A model generated the notes under the pieces. That model was given only the letters and a program-made list of their open reading frames with translations. It did no database searches and was not told the origin of the DNA. Position numbers and translations under genes: made by a program. A DNA stretch of 64,000 nucleotides from Candidatus Babeliales bacterium (GTDB lineage: Bacteria > Babelota > Babeliae > Babelales > JANWKD01). Below, one piece after another: positions 9,917 through 19,296 of this stretch. Each line of letters starts with the position of its first letter. The stretch's first letter is position 1. The stretch is taken from assembly GCA_963722075.1 (NCBI GenBank), contig CAVRJM010000001.1, forward strand, positions 320,001-384,000. The letters run 5' to 3'.

Positions 9917-11095
9917 ATGCTTGGGGTAGTAGCCAATAAAGACACATCCTCAATCATTCAACAAGTTGACGACATTATTATTGCAGCTGTACAGCGCAAT
10001 GCTTCCGATATTCATTTGGAATCACAGTTACATGGTTTTTTAATTCGCTTTAGAATTGATGGTATTTTAAACGATTATCAACGCATAAATTCATTATTTT
10101 CATTACAGATTATTTCACGAATAAAGATTTTAGCTCATATCAATATAGCTGAAAAGCGCCTTCCACAGGATGGAAAATTTCAAATAACCTACAAAAACAA
10201 TACCATAGATTTGCGTGTTTCGACATTTCCTTCTATTTATGGCGAGAAAATTGTTATTCGGATTTTAGATCGTATTAATCATTCAATTGCGCTTGGTAAT
10301 TTAGGATTCCAAGAAACTATTTTAAAGCAGTTTCAACAGCTTATTAATCATGCCTATGGTTTTGTATTAGTTACTGGGCCAACCGGATCAGGTAAAACTA
10401 CAACACTTTACGCTGCGCTCAAAACTATTAATAGTGCTGAAAAACATATTATCACGTTGGAAGATCCCGTTGAATATCATGTAGAAGGGGTGACGCAAGG
10501 TCAGATACATACTGAAGCTGGTTTTACCTTTGAAAAAGGAATGCGTGCATTATTGCGGCAAGATCCTGATATTGCAATGGTAGGTGAAATTCGAGATAAA
10601 CAAACGGCCCATATTGCTATTGAAGCAGCACTTACCGGGCATTTAGTTTTTAGTACGCTTCACACCAATGGTGCACCAGAAGCAGTGATGCGTCTTATGG
10701 ATATGGGCATTGAGCCTTTTTTAATTAATGCCTCTGTTACGGGCATTTTGGCACAACGATTAGCACGAAAAATTTGCATCAATTGCCGTGTTGAATATGT
10801 TCCTTCAGTTGATGAAAAAGAAATTTTAAATAAATTACCATTTACTATAGAAACTTTATACAAAGGATTTGGCTGTGATTTCTGTTTTCATCTAGGTTAT
10901 AAAGGTCGTATCGGTATATTTGAATTATTACTTATGAATGATGAACTACGTCATTTAATTATTAAAAATCCTAATTTTGAAACCATCCACAAACAAGCAG
11001 TGGCGAGTGGCATGCAAACATTGCTTTATGATGCTGCGTATAAGATGCGGCAGGGGATTATCTCATTAGCTGAATTAATGCGCGTTATTTTATAA
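9917..11095 (+). CDS. GspE/PilB family secretion/pilus assembly ATPase
   Basis: ASDIHLE, EKRLPQDG, GPTGSGKTTTLY, LRQDPD, GHLVFSTLHTN, tetra-Cys motif. Confidence 0.95.
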   Translation: MLGVVANKDTSSIIQQVDDIIIAAVQRNASDIHLESQLHGFLIRFRIDGILNDYQRINSLFSLQIISRIKILAHINIAEKRLPQDGKFQITYKNNTIDLRVSTFPSIYGEKIVIRILDRINHSIALGNLGFQETILKQFQQLINHAYGFVLVTGPTGSGKTTTLYAALKTINSAEKHIITLEDPVEYHVEGVTQGQIHTEAGFTFEKGMRALLRQDPDIAMVGEIRDKQTAHIAIEAALTGHLVFSTLHTNGAPEAVMRLMDMGIEPFLINASVTGILAQRLARKICINCRVEYVPSVDEKEILNKLPFTIETLYKGFGCDFCFHLGYKGRIGIFELLLMNDELRHLIIKNPNFETIHKQAVASGMQTLLYDAAYKMRQGIISLAELMRVIL

Positions 11096-11210
11096 TAGTG
11101 ACGTTGGATACATAATTCATTGTTATAGTAATTATCATTTATTGTAAAATTAATTCACCTTGATAAAATGATTAATCAAGTTAATAAATGATAATGATGA
11201 AAGGCGAAGT

Positions 11211-11735
11211 ATGATTAAAAAATTTGGTATGGTAATGATATTAAGTGGTTGTGTGATGATGAATATGCAGGGTATGAATGTTTTCAATCCAGAAGAGAAA
11301 GCTGATTTAGAAAAACTAAATTCTGCTAAGGAACAAGAAGCTACTGCAGTGGCGCAAGATGTTGTACAGAAAAAAGATACTAAAAAAAAGTTGGATAATA
11401 AATGTGAGCAAGAAGGTGCCACTGCTAAATATGAAGCATTAAAAAGAGGGGATTGGGATATTTTTAATGAAATATCAGAGAAAGATCCTAATTTAGATTG
11501 CGATTTGCATAAAGCATTAAAAGAAGGAGAGATAAAAATCGCTCAAGAAATTGATAATCGTGATAATTACCGAAAAGCGATTATTAAAAATTATGAAGCT
11601 AACCGGTGGAATCCATTTATGTTACATGTTTTATCAGTTGCAACTGGAGCCGCTATGGTAGGAAGTGCCTGGTTATTTAAAGTATATATACTTGGCGGTG
11701 CTGCAGTACAAGCAACTAATGGTACCGGAAATTAA
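11211..11735 (+). CDS. Hypothetical protein with signal peptide and C-terminal TM
   Basis: ORF with hydrophobic N-terminus and C-terminal hydrophobic helix. Confidence 0.65.
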   Translation: MIKKFGMVMILSGCVMMNMQGMNVFNPEEKADLEKLNSAKEQEATAVAQDVVQKKDTKKKLDNKCEQEGATAKYEALKRGDWDIFNEISEKDPNLDCDLHKALKEGEIKIAQEIDNRDNYRKAIIKNYEANRWNPFMLHVLSVATGAAMVGSAWLFKVYILGGAAVQATNGTGN

Positions 11736-11740
11736 TCATT

Positions 11741-12091
11741 ATGAAAAAAATAATAATAATTTTTTTATGTATTAGTTACTCTTTTGCAGCTTCAGATCAA
11801 ACGCAAAATCCTCATCAAAAACAAGTTGATTCTTTTATAAAAGCGGTTCGTAAAAAAAATTTTGAATCGATTTTATCAAAAATAAAGGAAGATCCAACTA
11901 TTTTAACCAGATCATATGCACAGTTAAAAGAAGAGAATGATTACGAGCATGCCGAGACTGTTCTTTTTTACAAAACATTATCAGAACCAAGCTTCGATCC
12001 AATTAAAATAGGAGCAGGAGTATGTGTCGGAGCGTGTGGCTTGGCTATAGCGTACTTTGTATTTTGTATTGGTAGGATGATTAGTTTATAG
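11741..12091 (+). CDS. Hypothetical protein with signal peptide and C-terminal TM
   Basis: MKK-hydrophobic-SFA signal; C-terminal Gly/Ala/Cys TM. Confidence 0.65.
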   Translation: MKKIIIIFLCISYSFAASDQTQNPHQKQVDSFIKAVRKKNFESILSKIKEDPTILTRSYAQLKEENDYEHAETVLFYKTLSEPSFDPIKIGAGVCVGACGLAIAYFVFCIGRMISL

Positions 12092-12164
12092 GTACTGTTG
12101 TTTAGGTTTTAAATATCTACAAATATACAAAAACTTGGTTCAAATAATATGAATTTGCAAATAT

Positions 12165-12395
12165 ACGTCGTTACGAGCTTGTCGAAGCAATCCAGGTTCT
12201 TTAACATTTTTCAGCTCTTATGACTTTTATTATAATTGTTCAGATAATATAATCTTATTGATTTGATGAGTATAATCCTTATTTATTGTTTGATTAGAAA
12301 TTTATGTTGTGCAATCATCGTTTCTTATATGTTCGAAGATTAAGCTGATTTCATTTAATTTAGCCTGGATTGCTTCGACAAGCTCGCAACGACGT
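12165..12395. repeat. Family-1 (CGTC-type REP-like) inverted pair with 167-bp AT-rich spacer
   Basis: ACGTCGTTACGAGCTTGTCGAAGCAATCCAGG (12165-12196) and near-perfect reverse complement (12364-12395). Confidence 0.9.
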
Positions 12396-12571
12396 TTTTT
12401 TAAAAACAGACTTTTTAAGCTTTGAGCATATGCTATTCAAAAACTCAATAAATCCTAGCTATTATAAATATAATTAGGTAATAATTTTTTCTAAGCTTGT
12501 AAAAAGATATACATATAGTAATCTATATTAGATTTTATATATACAATAATTACAACGTAAGGGATTTATTT

Positions 12572-13114
12572 ATGAATAAATATACATTTTATATGTTACT
12601 ATTAACTATTTCTGGTATTGCAGGTAATTATGCTGCAGATAACATAAAAAAAACGTTATTTGAAAAACCAGTTGAAACGAACGCAAAAGAAAACGCCAAT
12701 GATAAAGAAAAAATAAATCAAGAAAAAAAATCAGAAAATGGTAAAGCGAGTGCGCATGCCTATCTTTCTTATAGCCAGGGCCATTTAAATTTTGGCGAAT
12801 TTTCTGAGGAAAGGGTTGAAGAATTTTTACAATATATGAAAAAAGATGGCAGATTAAATCCTGTAATGGCGCATTCAATTAAAGATAAAACAAAAGATAA
12901 GGATAAAAATATCGGACAAGAGTTGATATTTTTAAAAAAATTTAAAAAGGCAGTTCGCTTTCAACAAAAAGAAGAATTAAAAAAATTACGGGAAGAAATA
13001 AATAAAAAAGAAGATTCGTCCCCAATTTTAATGGCAATAGTTCTAGGTGGTGTTGCAATGGGCGCATCGGCTGTTTTGGTGGTTGGTGCGGCCTTTATTC
13101 TTTCTCGTAGATAA
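12572..13114 (+). CDS. Hypothetical protein with signal peptide and C-terminal TM
   Basis: Signal peptide, K/E-rich body, C-terminal TM ending in RR. Confidence 0.65.
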   Translation: MNKYTFYMLLLTISGIAGNYAADNIKKTLFEKPVETNAKENANDKEKINQEKKSENGKASAHAYLSYSQGHLNFGEFSEERVEEFLQYMKKDGRLNPVMAHSIKDKTKDKDKNIGQELIFLKKFKKAVRFQQKEELKKLREEINKKEDSSPILMAIVLGGVAMGASAVLVVGAAFILSRR

Positions 13115-13117
13115 ATT

Positions 13118-13702
13118 ATGATGAAAATCTTACCACGATCATTTTATGCACGTGCTACTGCAAAGGTAGCACGTGATTTACTTGGTAAGAAATTGGTGCG
13201 GGTAATTAATGATACCGTTCTGAGTGGTATTATTGTAGAAACTGAAGCATACGAAATTAATGATCCCGCATGCCACGCATTTCGCGGTAAAACGGTAGCA
13301 AATCACGCGCTCTTTGAAACGGTAGGGCACGCGTATATCTACTTTATTTATGGCAATCATTTTTGTTTTAATATTGTTTCTCGTGCCGATATCTGTAAAG
13401 CGGGTGGTGTTCTAATCCGTGCATTAGAGCCAGTTGAAGGCATCGAAATAATGCAGCAATTTCGACCTACCACCAGTATAAAAAATCTAACTAATGGCCC
13501 GGGCAAATTAGCTCAAGCGTTACATATTACTAAAGAACTGTATGGTGTTGACGTTACTCATAAAGGGCCGCTGTATATTGTTAGTGATGAATCATATACT
13601 CCATTTTCTATTATTTCGGGCGAGCGAATTGGTATTAGTAAAGGGCAAGAAGTACCCTGGCGTTTTTATATAAAAGATAATCCGTTTGTTTCGAGGCGTT
13701 AG
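13118..13702 (+). CDS. mpg: 3-methyladenine DNA glycosylase (MPG/AAG family)
   Basis: VARDLLGK, IVETEAY, YIY.IYG.H.C.N, VLIRALEP, NGPGKL, RIGIS, PWRF. Confidence 0.95.
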   Translation: MMKILPRSFYARATAKVARDLLGKKLVRVINDTVLSGIIVETEAYEINDPACHAFRGKTVANHALFETVGHAYIYFIYGNHFCFNIVSRADICKAGGVLIRALEPVEGIEIMQQFRPTTSIKNLTNGPGKLAQALHITKELYGVDVTHKGPLYIVSDESYTPFSIISGERIGISKGQEVPWRFYIKDNPFVSRR

Positions 13703-13804
13703 TAAATTTTTTTTTATTTATTTAAACTAGGTCTGTTCAGTTTTATTTGTTTAATTTCTTAATAAACGCAAGAATTTACTCTATTGATGAAAATTATTAA
13801 GAGG

Positions 13805-13884
13805 ACGTCGTTGCGAGCTTGCCGAAGCAATCCAGGTTTCTTGAAAATTTTAGCCTGGATCCCCACGCTATCGCTCGGGACGAC
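13805..13884. repeat. Family-1 repeat heterodimer with 17-bp spacer
   Basis: ACGTCGTTGCGAGCTTGCCGAAGCAATCCAGG...CCTGGATCCCCACGCTATCGCTCGGGACGAC. Confidence 0.85.
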
Positions 13885-13903
13885 AATCATAACGAAAGGG
13901 ATT

Positions 13904-14506
13904 ATGATGAAAAAATTAATTTTTATTGTTGCTTTACTAATGCAACAAGTTTGTCACCCGAATGGCATGATTACGGCAATGCAATCATTGCACGATAATT
14001 TAGTACAGCATGAAGCATTTGCTTCTTTGCAACTTTCTGAACAACATACAATGGAATTTAGCGAGCTTTTTTATAGATTGGGCGAGTTATTAGATGGGGC
14101 ATTGTACAATGAAGAGCTAAATGAAAAAGGAAAAGAATTTGTTGAGCGCTATAAAGAATTTAAGGGAACTGAGCGATTACAGTTTTCGGTAAACATTGGC
14201 CTAAGAGATATGCAAGAAGAAGATACAGTAAAAGATAACGCGCAAAAAATTTTATTAAATATTCGTGATATTCGTACATTTAGTATGCAGCTCACAGAGG
14301 AAGAACAAGTAAGATTTGCGCTCTTTTTAGATGAGGTTTTTGCAGTTGCTCAAAAGGCAATAGAGTCATTTGAAGAAATAATCAATAGTTATGATCAATC
14401 GCTTATGCAATCAATTAGATCAATATTAGCTGAACAGCAGCAAGTTTTGATGTTCTCCTTCCAAATAGATTTTCCGGATTTATCATATACATACATAATT
14501 GGTTAA
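13904..14506 (+). CDS. Hypothetical secreted protein
   Basis: AAAGGG then ATG at 13904 giving an MMKK-hydrophobic signal; upstream in-frame extension merely reads through the repeat. Confidence 0.65.
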   Translation: MMKKLIFIVALLMQQVCHPNGMITAMQSLHDNLVQHEAFASLQLSEQHTMEFSELFYRLGELLDGALYNEELNEKGKEFVERYKEFKGTERLQFSVNIGLRDMQEEDTVKDNAQKILLNIRDIRTFSMQLTEEEQVRFALFLDEVFAVAQKAIESFEEIINSYDQSLMQSIRSILAEQQQVLMFSFQIDFPDLSYTYIIG

Positions 14507-14554
14507 ATTAGAATTCTAAATTTCTCATTATAAAATTTTGACTTTATTTTATAA

Positions 14555-14631
14555 CTGGATTCTTACGACCTAAAGGTCTCAGAATGACAAATAAACTTTA
14601 ATGTCATCCTGAGCGTAGCGTAAGGATCCAG
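14555..14631. repeat. Family-1 repeat pair (divergent orientation)
   Basis: CTGGATTCTTACGACCTAAAGGTCTCAGAATGAC...GTCATCCTGAGCGTAGCGTAAGGATCCAG between convergent genes. Confidence 0.8.
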
Positions 14632-14663
14632 CTAATATGATATTTATTTCAAAATAACTAGTA

Positions 14664-16379
14664 TCAAAATTCTTGTTCCCTTTTATTCATATATAATCGA
14701 TAATGCATCAAGAAGTTTTTTGCAAGACGTTTAGCCGGTTGCGTATTGCGGGCATGTTCTAATAAAATTACCAACGTAAGAGGTTTATGGTCTTTATAAT
14801 TAAAATAAGCTACAAACCACGCATGCGGTAAGGTGAAATATGAATCACTCTTTTGCTTAGAAAGTTCTGTAACTTGAGCAGTCCCGGTTTTTGCAAACAC
14901 TGTAATATCTTCAATATGACTCACTTCTCTACCCGTACCAATACGAACTACTGATTTCATTGATTTTTGCAAAAATTTTCGCGTAGCAAATAATATATTG
15001 AGGGGTTTAATAGTCACCGGTTCATGCTCTAGAATGCGAGGCCTTACTAAATATCCTTGAAATATACTTGAAATTATACACGCAATTTGAATAGGGGTAG
15101 CTTGTAAATAACTTTGTCCAATAGAACATGATAACGTTTCGCCAGGCCACCACGGTTCGCCTTTTTCTTGCCTTTTCCAACGAGTGGTAGGAACTAATCC
15201 TTCTTGTTCGGGAAACATAATATTTAATTTTTGTCCTAACCCAAATCTAAAGGCGTAATCGGCTAAAATATCAATTGGCATTTTAGTTGCAATTTGATAA
15301 AAAAGAATATTGCATGATTTTGCTAATGCATCTTTGGTAGATAATTGACCATGACCTGAGCGGCGATCACAATAATAATATCTGCCTTTAAAGCGAAAAT
15401 AACCGGGGCAATAGAGGTGATCATGCATGCTTATAATATTATGTTCTAACGCAGCACTGGTAGTGATTAATTTAAAAATGGAAGCAGGTGGATAACATGC
15501 ATAAAATGCACGATTTAAAAAAATATTTTTTTCTTTAAGCGTATTCCATTCATTGACGGGTATAGGATCTAAAAAGATGGAGGGATCGAAATTAGGTCGA
15601 GACAGCAATGCTTTAAGTGCTCCTGATTCTGGATCCATCAAAATAAAAGCACCATTATATTCGGCAGGAAATAAGGATTCAGCTATTTGTTGTAAATTAA
15701 TATCAAGGGTCGTAATAATATTTTGTCCTGCTAGCGCAGCGGTAATTTTGTTTTCTTTAATTTTCACCCCTAATGAATTAATTGTTTTAATTAGTTTTCC
15801 TTGCTTGCCCTGCAACTGATCATGAACTATTTTTTCTAATCCCATTTTACCAATTGGTTCAAGGGTATTAAGTGAACTTAAATGTCCTAAAATATGGCTT
15901 GCCATCTTTTGATAGGGATAATACCGTTTAAAATGATTGGAAATGATAATATTGGGATTATTGGGAAAGAGTTCAATAATTTTGCTTAATTGAGAAAAAG
16001 TTACATCTGAAGCAATTATTACGGTTGAGCCATTTTTTTCTGCTTCCATTATTTTTTCTACGGGTAGTTCAAGAAGTAAAGCCAGTTGTTGCATAATAGG
16101 TGCTTGCTTTGGCGAAATTGTTTTATTTCCTGAACCTTTCCAATAAAGGGTAGTTACGGGGCGATTGGTAGCAAGTAAAATGCCATTACAATCTAAAATG
16201 TTACCGCGGGGCGGGGCGATTGGTTCATTCTTTAGAAAATTTTTCACCCCTCTTAAAAAGAATACGTCCATTTGTATGATTTGTAAGTAAAAAAGGCGAC
16301 CAATAATAATGAAGAGTGCTAGCACCACCCAGTAAATAATAATGCGTACCTTCTTATTAAAATGATAGGTAAAATCCAT
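14664..16379 (-). CDS. mrdA: Penicillin-binding protein 2 (class B transpeptidase)
   Basis: RLFYLQI, PRG.ILD, PASIFK (SxxK), SCN (SxN), KTGTAQ, HAWF. Confidence 0.9.
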   Translation of the reverse strand: MDFTYHFNKKVRIIIYWVVLALFIIIGRLFYLQIIQMDVFFLRGVKNFLKNEPIAPPRGNILDCNGILLATNRPVTTLYWKGSGNKTISPKQAPIMQQLALLLELPVEKIMEAEKNGSTVIIASDVTFSQLSKIIELFPNNPNIIISNHFKRYYPYQKMASHILGHLSSLNTLEPIGKMGLEKIVHDQLQGKQGKLIKTINSLGVKIKENKITAALAGQNIITTLDINLQQIAESLFPAEYNGAFILMDPESGALKALLSRPNFDPSIFLDPIPVNEWNTLKEKNIFLNRAFYACYPPASIFKLITTSAALEHNIISMHDHLYCPGYFRFKGRYYYCDRRSGHGQLSTKDALAKSCNILFYQIATKMPIDILADYAFRFGLGQKLNIMFPEQEGLVPTTRWKRQEKGEPWWPGETLSCSIGQSYLQATPIQIACIISSIFQGYLVRPRILEHEPVTIKPLNILFATRKFLQKSMKSVVRIGTGREVSHIEDITVFAKTGTAQVTELSKQKSDSYFTLPHAWFVAYFNYKDHKPLTLVILLEHARNTQPAKRLAKNFLMHYRLYMNKREQEF

Positions 16380-17311
16380 TAATTACCTGATCCTTTTTTT
16401 TTAAAAGTAAATTGATGAGATGGATGTGCTTGATCACACAGCGTTATTAATTCTTGCGCTGATACGTGAATATATTTCTCGGTACTTCCTAATGTTTTAT
16501 GTCCTAAAAGCTCTTGAATAGCGCGTAAATCAACCCCTTGATTTAATAAATGAGTAGCAAAGGAGTGTCTTAATTTATGAGGGCTAATTGAGCGTTCTGT
16601 TTTTAAGCATCTGCCAAACATATTTATAATTCGTTGAATTGAGCGGCTGGTGAGTGGTTCATTAGCAGTATTAACGAATAAATAATTATGGGTATCAGTA
16701 ATAGAGACGCGTTCTTTTTCTATATATTTAGTGATACTGACGTGCGCTTTAGAACCAAAAAGAACTAACCGTTCCTTATTTCCTTTTCCCTTAATTCGTA
16801 TAATTTTATTATTAAAATCAATATCGTTAATTTTTATATTTATTAATTCAGAGCAACGGACTCCCGTAGCATATAATAATTCAAAAATAGCTTTATCACG
16901 TAATGGTTTTTTGGTAGGTAAATCAGTTTCTTTTACGGCATCTAATAAATGGAAAATTTCATCAACGGTAAGATATATCGGTAACTTTTTTTCAAGACGA
17001 GGGCGAACTAGGTGTAAATTAAGCGCAATATGTTGCTTCAATAAAAATTTTTCAAAAGATTGAAAGGTAGATAATTTACGGGCAATAGAGTTTTTACTCA
17101 TTTTTTTATGATATAACGAAATTAATAAACGTTCTATTATTTGTTTAAAGGGAATTTCAGCGGATTGTTCTTTTATGATTCGCTGCCAAAAATACAAAAG
17201 TTGTGTAAGATCATTTAAATAAGCACGTAATGTATTTTCTGATAAATTTTTTTCAATTTCATTAAAAGTAATGAATTCTGCAATTTTTTCTTCAAAATCT
17301 TTTAAGGTCAT
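16379..17311 (-). CDS. xerC: Tyrosine recombinase XerC/XerD family
   Basis: LYATGVRCSE, GKGNKER, HKLRHSFATHLL, QELLGH, T..Y; alternative start at 17368. Confidence 0.9.
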   Translation of the reverse strand: MTLKDFEEKIAEFITFNEIEKNLSENTLRAYLNDLTQLLYFWQRIIKEQSAEIPFKQIIERLLISLYHKKMSKNSIARKLSTFQSFEKFLLKQHIALNLHLVRPRLEKKLPIYLTVDEIFHLLDAVKETDLPTKKPLRDKAIFELLYATGVRCSELINIKINDIDFNNKIIRIKGKGNKERLVLFGSKAHVSITKYIEKERVSITDTHNYLFVNTANEPLTSRSIQRIINMFGRCLKTERSISPHKLRHSFATHLLNQGVDLRAIQELLGHKTLGSTEKYIHVSAQELITLCDQAHPSHQFTFKKKGSGN

Positions 17312-17453
17312 AATTCTACCCCTAGATAAGCATGAATAAATATAGTTATCTATTTTATTATTTTTCATATTTAAACCTTAATTTACTAACGTATGCAAGA
17401 AAATCTGGAGGTATGCAAAAAATCTTGCTCAAATGATATAAAATTATAAATGT

Positions 17454-17686
17454 ACGTCGTTGCGAGCTTGTCGAAGCAATCCAGCATTCATTAAAATTTT
17501 ACAGCTCATTTCATAAATTTATTTATTATAATGATTCATTCATTCAATGAAAAAAAACTATTTATTAGTTTTATACGAAATAACTTTTTACTTGTTTCAA
17601 TAATTTACTGAGCTTTATTCCATTATTTTCTATAAGTTCGTATCATTTATTATAACCTGGATTGCTTCGGCAGGCTCGCAACGACG
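17454..17686. repeat. Family-1 inverted pair with ~171-bp AT-rich spacer
   Basis: ACGTCGTTGCGAGCTTGTCGAAGCAATCCAG (17454-17484) / CCTGGATTGCTTCGGCAGGCTCGCAACGACG (17656-17686). Confidence 0.9.
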
Positions 17687-17895
17687 GCTTTTCTAAATGT
17701 TTAAATTTTTAATACTTTTGAGTTAATTTTATAATGCTTAAATAAAAACTCAACAAAACCTGTAAGTTTGATTAATAAAAAATTAATTGAATGCTATTTT
17801 TCAATAAATGAATTACCTCTAAGATCTTGCCGTTATTTATGATCTTGATACATTTACTACAAATGATTGCATAATTACTACATAAATAGGATCTA

Positions 17896-18546
17896 ATGGT
17901 TTCTGATTCATTAATACAAAAGAAAAAATACGCTGCTCAGATTATTAGAATTCTTAAAAAAGCAACCAAAAATTTGCCTGAACCTATGAGTAATCTCATC
18001 AAGAAAGAGTACCATAATGATCCTTTTTTGATCTTAATTAGCTGTTTATTGAGTTTACGGGCTCGTGATACGGTAACCTATCCGGTATGTAAGGAACTCT
18101 TTAAAAAAGCCCGTACTCCGCAGCAATTTATTGATATGCCCTTACATCAATTAGAAGAAATAATACATCGCATTGGTTTCTATCGAAGGAAAGCTCATAG
18201 TATCAAAGAGGTAAGTAAAGATATTCTTAAGCGATTCAACGGCAAAGTTCCCTCTGATGAACAAGATCTTCTTTCAATTAAGGGAGTGGGAAGAAAAACG
18301 GCAAATCTGGTTCGAGGCGTTGCTTTTGATATTCCGGCGATGGTTGTTGATACGCATGTACATAAGCTTTCTAATAAATTAGGATTGGTTTCTACTAAAA
18401 CCCCTGAGCAAACTGAAAAAATGTTAATGAGTATTTTACCGCGTTCTCAATGGATTGAATATAGCAGATTATTAGTGCAATGTGGGCAACATAGCAGAAT
18501 TTGTAAATCATATATCGATTTACTTATTAAAGAAGAAAAAATTTGA
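17896..18546 (+). CDS. nth: Endonuclease III
   Basis: PF..LI..LLS, GFYR.KA, HhH motif GVGRKTAN, VDTHV; C-terminal 4Fe-4S motif not evident. Confidence 0.9.
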   Translation: MVSDSLIQKKKYAAQIIRILKKATKNLPEPMSNLIKKEYHNDPFLILISCLLSLRARDTVTYPVCKELFKKARTPQQFIDMPLHQLEEIIHRIGFYRRKAHSIKEVSKDILKRFNGKVPSDEQDLLSIKGVGRKTANLVRGVAFDIPAMVVDTHVHKLSNKLGLVSTKTPEQTEKMLMSILPRSQWIEYSRLLVQCGQHSRICKSYIDLLIKEEKI

Positions 18547-18722
18547 TCTAAGAAATATAAATTAAAACTGGAAATAGTACTAAATGTCATCGGGATGACA
18601 AGTCCTTACGAGAGTTATTTAAGCTAAAAGGATTATTCGCTCTGTTTACGTATCGCAATATTTAGCTTTTGACTGAATCGCCCAATAAGATCGATTTAAA
18701 CCAAATTTAGCTTATCAAGAAA

Positions 18723-18795
18723 TAAAGTCGATTTTAATCGACTTTATATAAAAAAAAATAGGCAATGATTGTTGCTCATTGCCCATTCTTTTTAA
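18723..18795. terminator. Two hairpins between convergent nth and the histone-like gene
   Basis: TAAAGTCGATT/AATCGACTTTA, and GGCAATGA...TCATTGCC flanked by A and T runs. Confidence 0.6.
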
Positions 18796-18836
18796 TGTGC
18801 TTAATTTCATATGTTGTTTGCGTAAAAAGCGGCCGA

Positions 18837-19148
18837 TTATGCGCGTTTAGTAGTTCTGCGTTTGTGGCTTGCTTTTTTAGCAGTAGTTCTTTTATGAGAA
18901 GCTCGTTTTGTCGTTTTGCGTTTGCTTGCTGCTGATTTACGACGCTTTGGTGTTTTTGCTCCCATGAACGCAGCTAATCCTGCTAATCCAGTTGCTTTTC
19001 TTTTATGCGTAGCTTTTTTTCTTGCAGCAGTTTTTCTTGCTGTAGTTTTTTTAGCTGCAGTTTTTCTTGCTGTGGTTTTTTTCGCTACTGCGCGTTTTGT
19101 TGTTTTCTTAGCTGTGCTTTTTTTCGCGCTTTTTCTTTTTGTTACCAT
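18837..19148 (-). CDS. Histone H1-like basic protein
   Basis: K/R/A/T-rich repeats (KKTTARKTAA), no acidic residues, AAGGAG RBS. Confidence 0.75.
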   Translation of the reverse strand: MVTKRKSAKKSTAKKTTKRAVAKKTTARKTAAKKTTARKTAARKKATHKRKATGLAGLAAFMGAKTPKRRKSAASKRKTTKRASHKRTTAKKASHKRRTTKRA

Positions 19149-19198
19149 TGCATCTCCTTATTTGAGATTAATAGTTATTTAATTAACCCTACAATTTA

Positions 19199-19228
19199 AA
19201 TGTAACGGTTATGCGCGCCATAAGTCAA
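19199..19228 (-). promoter_or_regulatory. Putative sigma70 promoter of the histone-like gene
   Basis: TTGACT-N18-TACATT on the minus strand. Confidence 0.4.
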
Positions 19229-19296
19229 CATTTTTTAAAACAAATTTGAAATATTTTAATAATTTTTTATTATAAAATTTCTACTTTGCAATAAAA

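Noticed and set aside
13784..13903. N-terminal extension of the 13784 ORF as a repeat inserted in a protein (RPE-like)
   Set aside because: A better start with RBS and signal peptide lies at 13904; the extension is just an open frame through the repeat.
16379..17368. Tyrosine recombinase as an integron or prophage integrase, with repeats as attC sites
   Set aside because: Looks like chromosomal XerC, without an evident IntI insertion, and is coupled to mrdA; repeats lack RYYYAAC/GTTRRRY ends; no phage genes.
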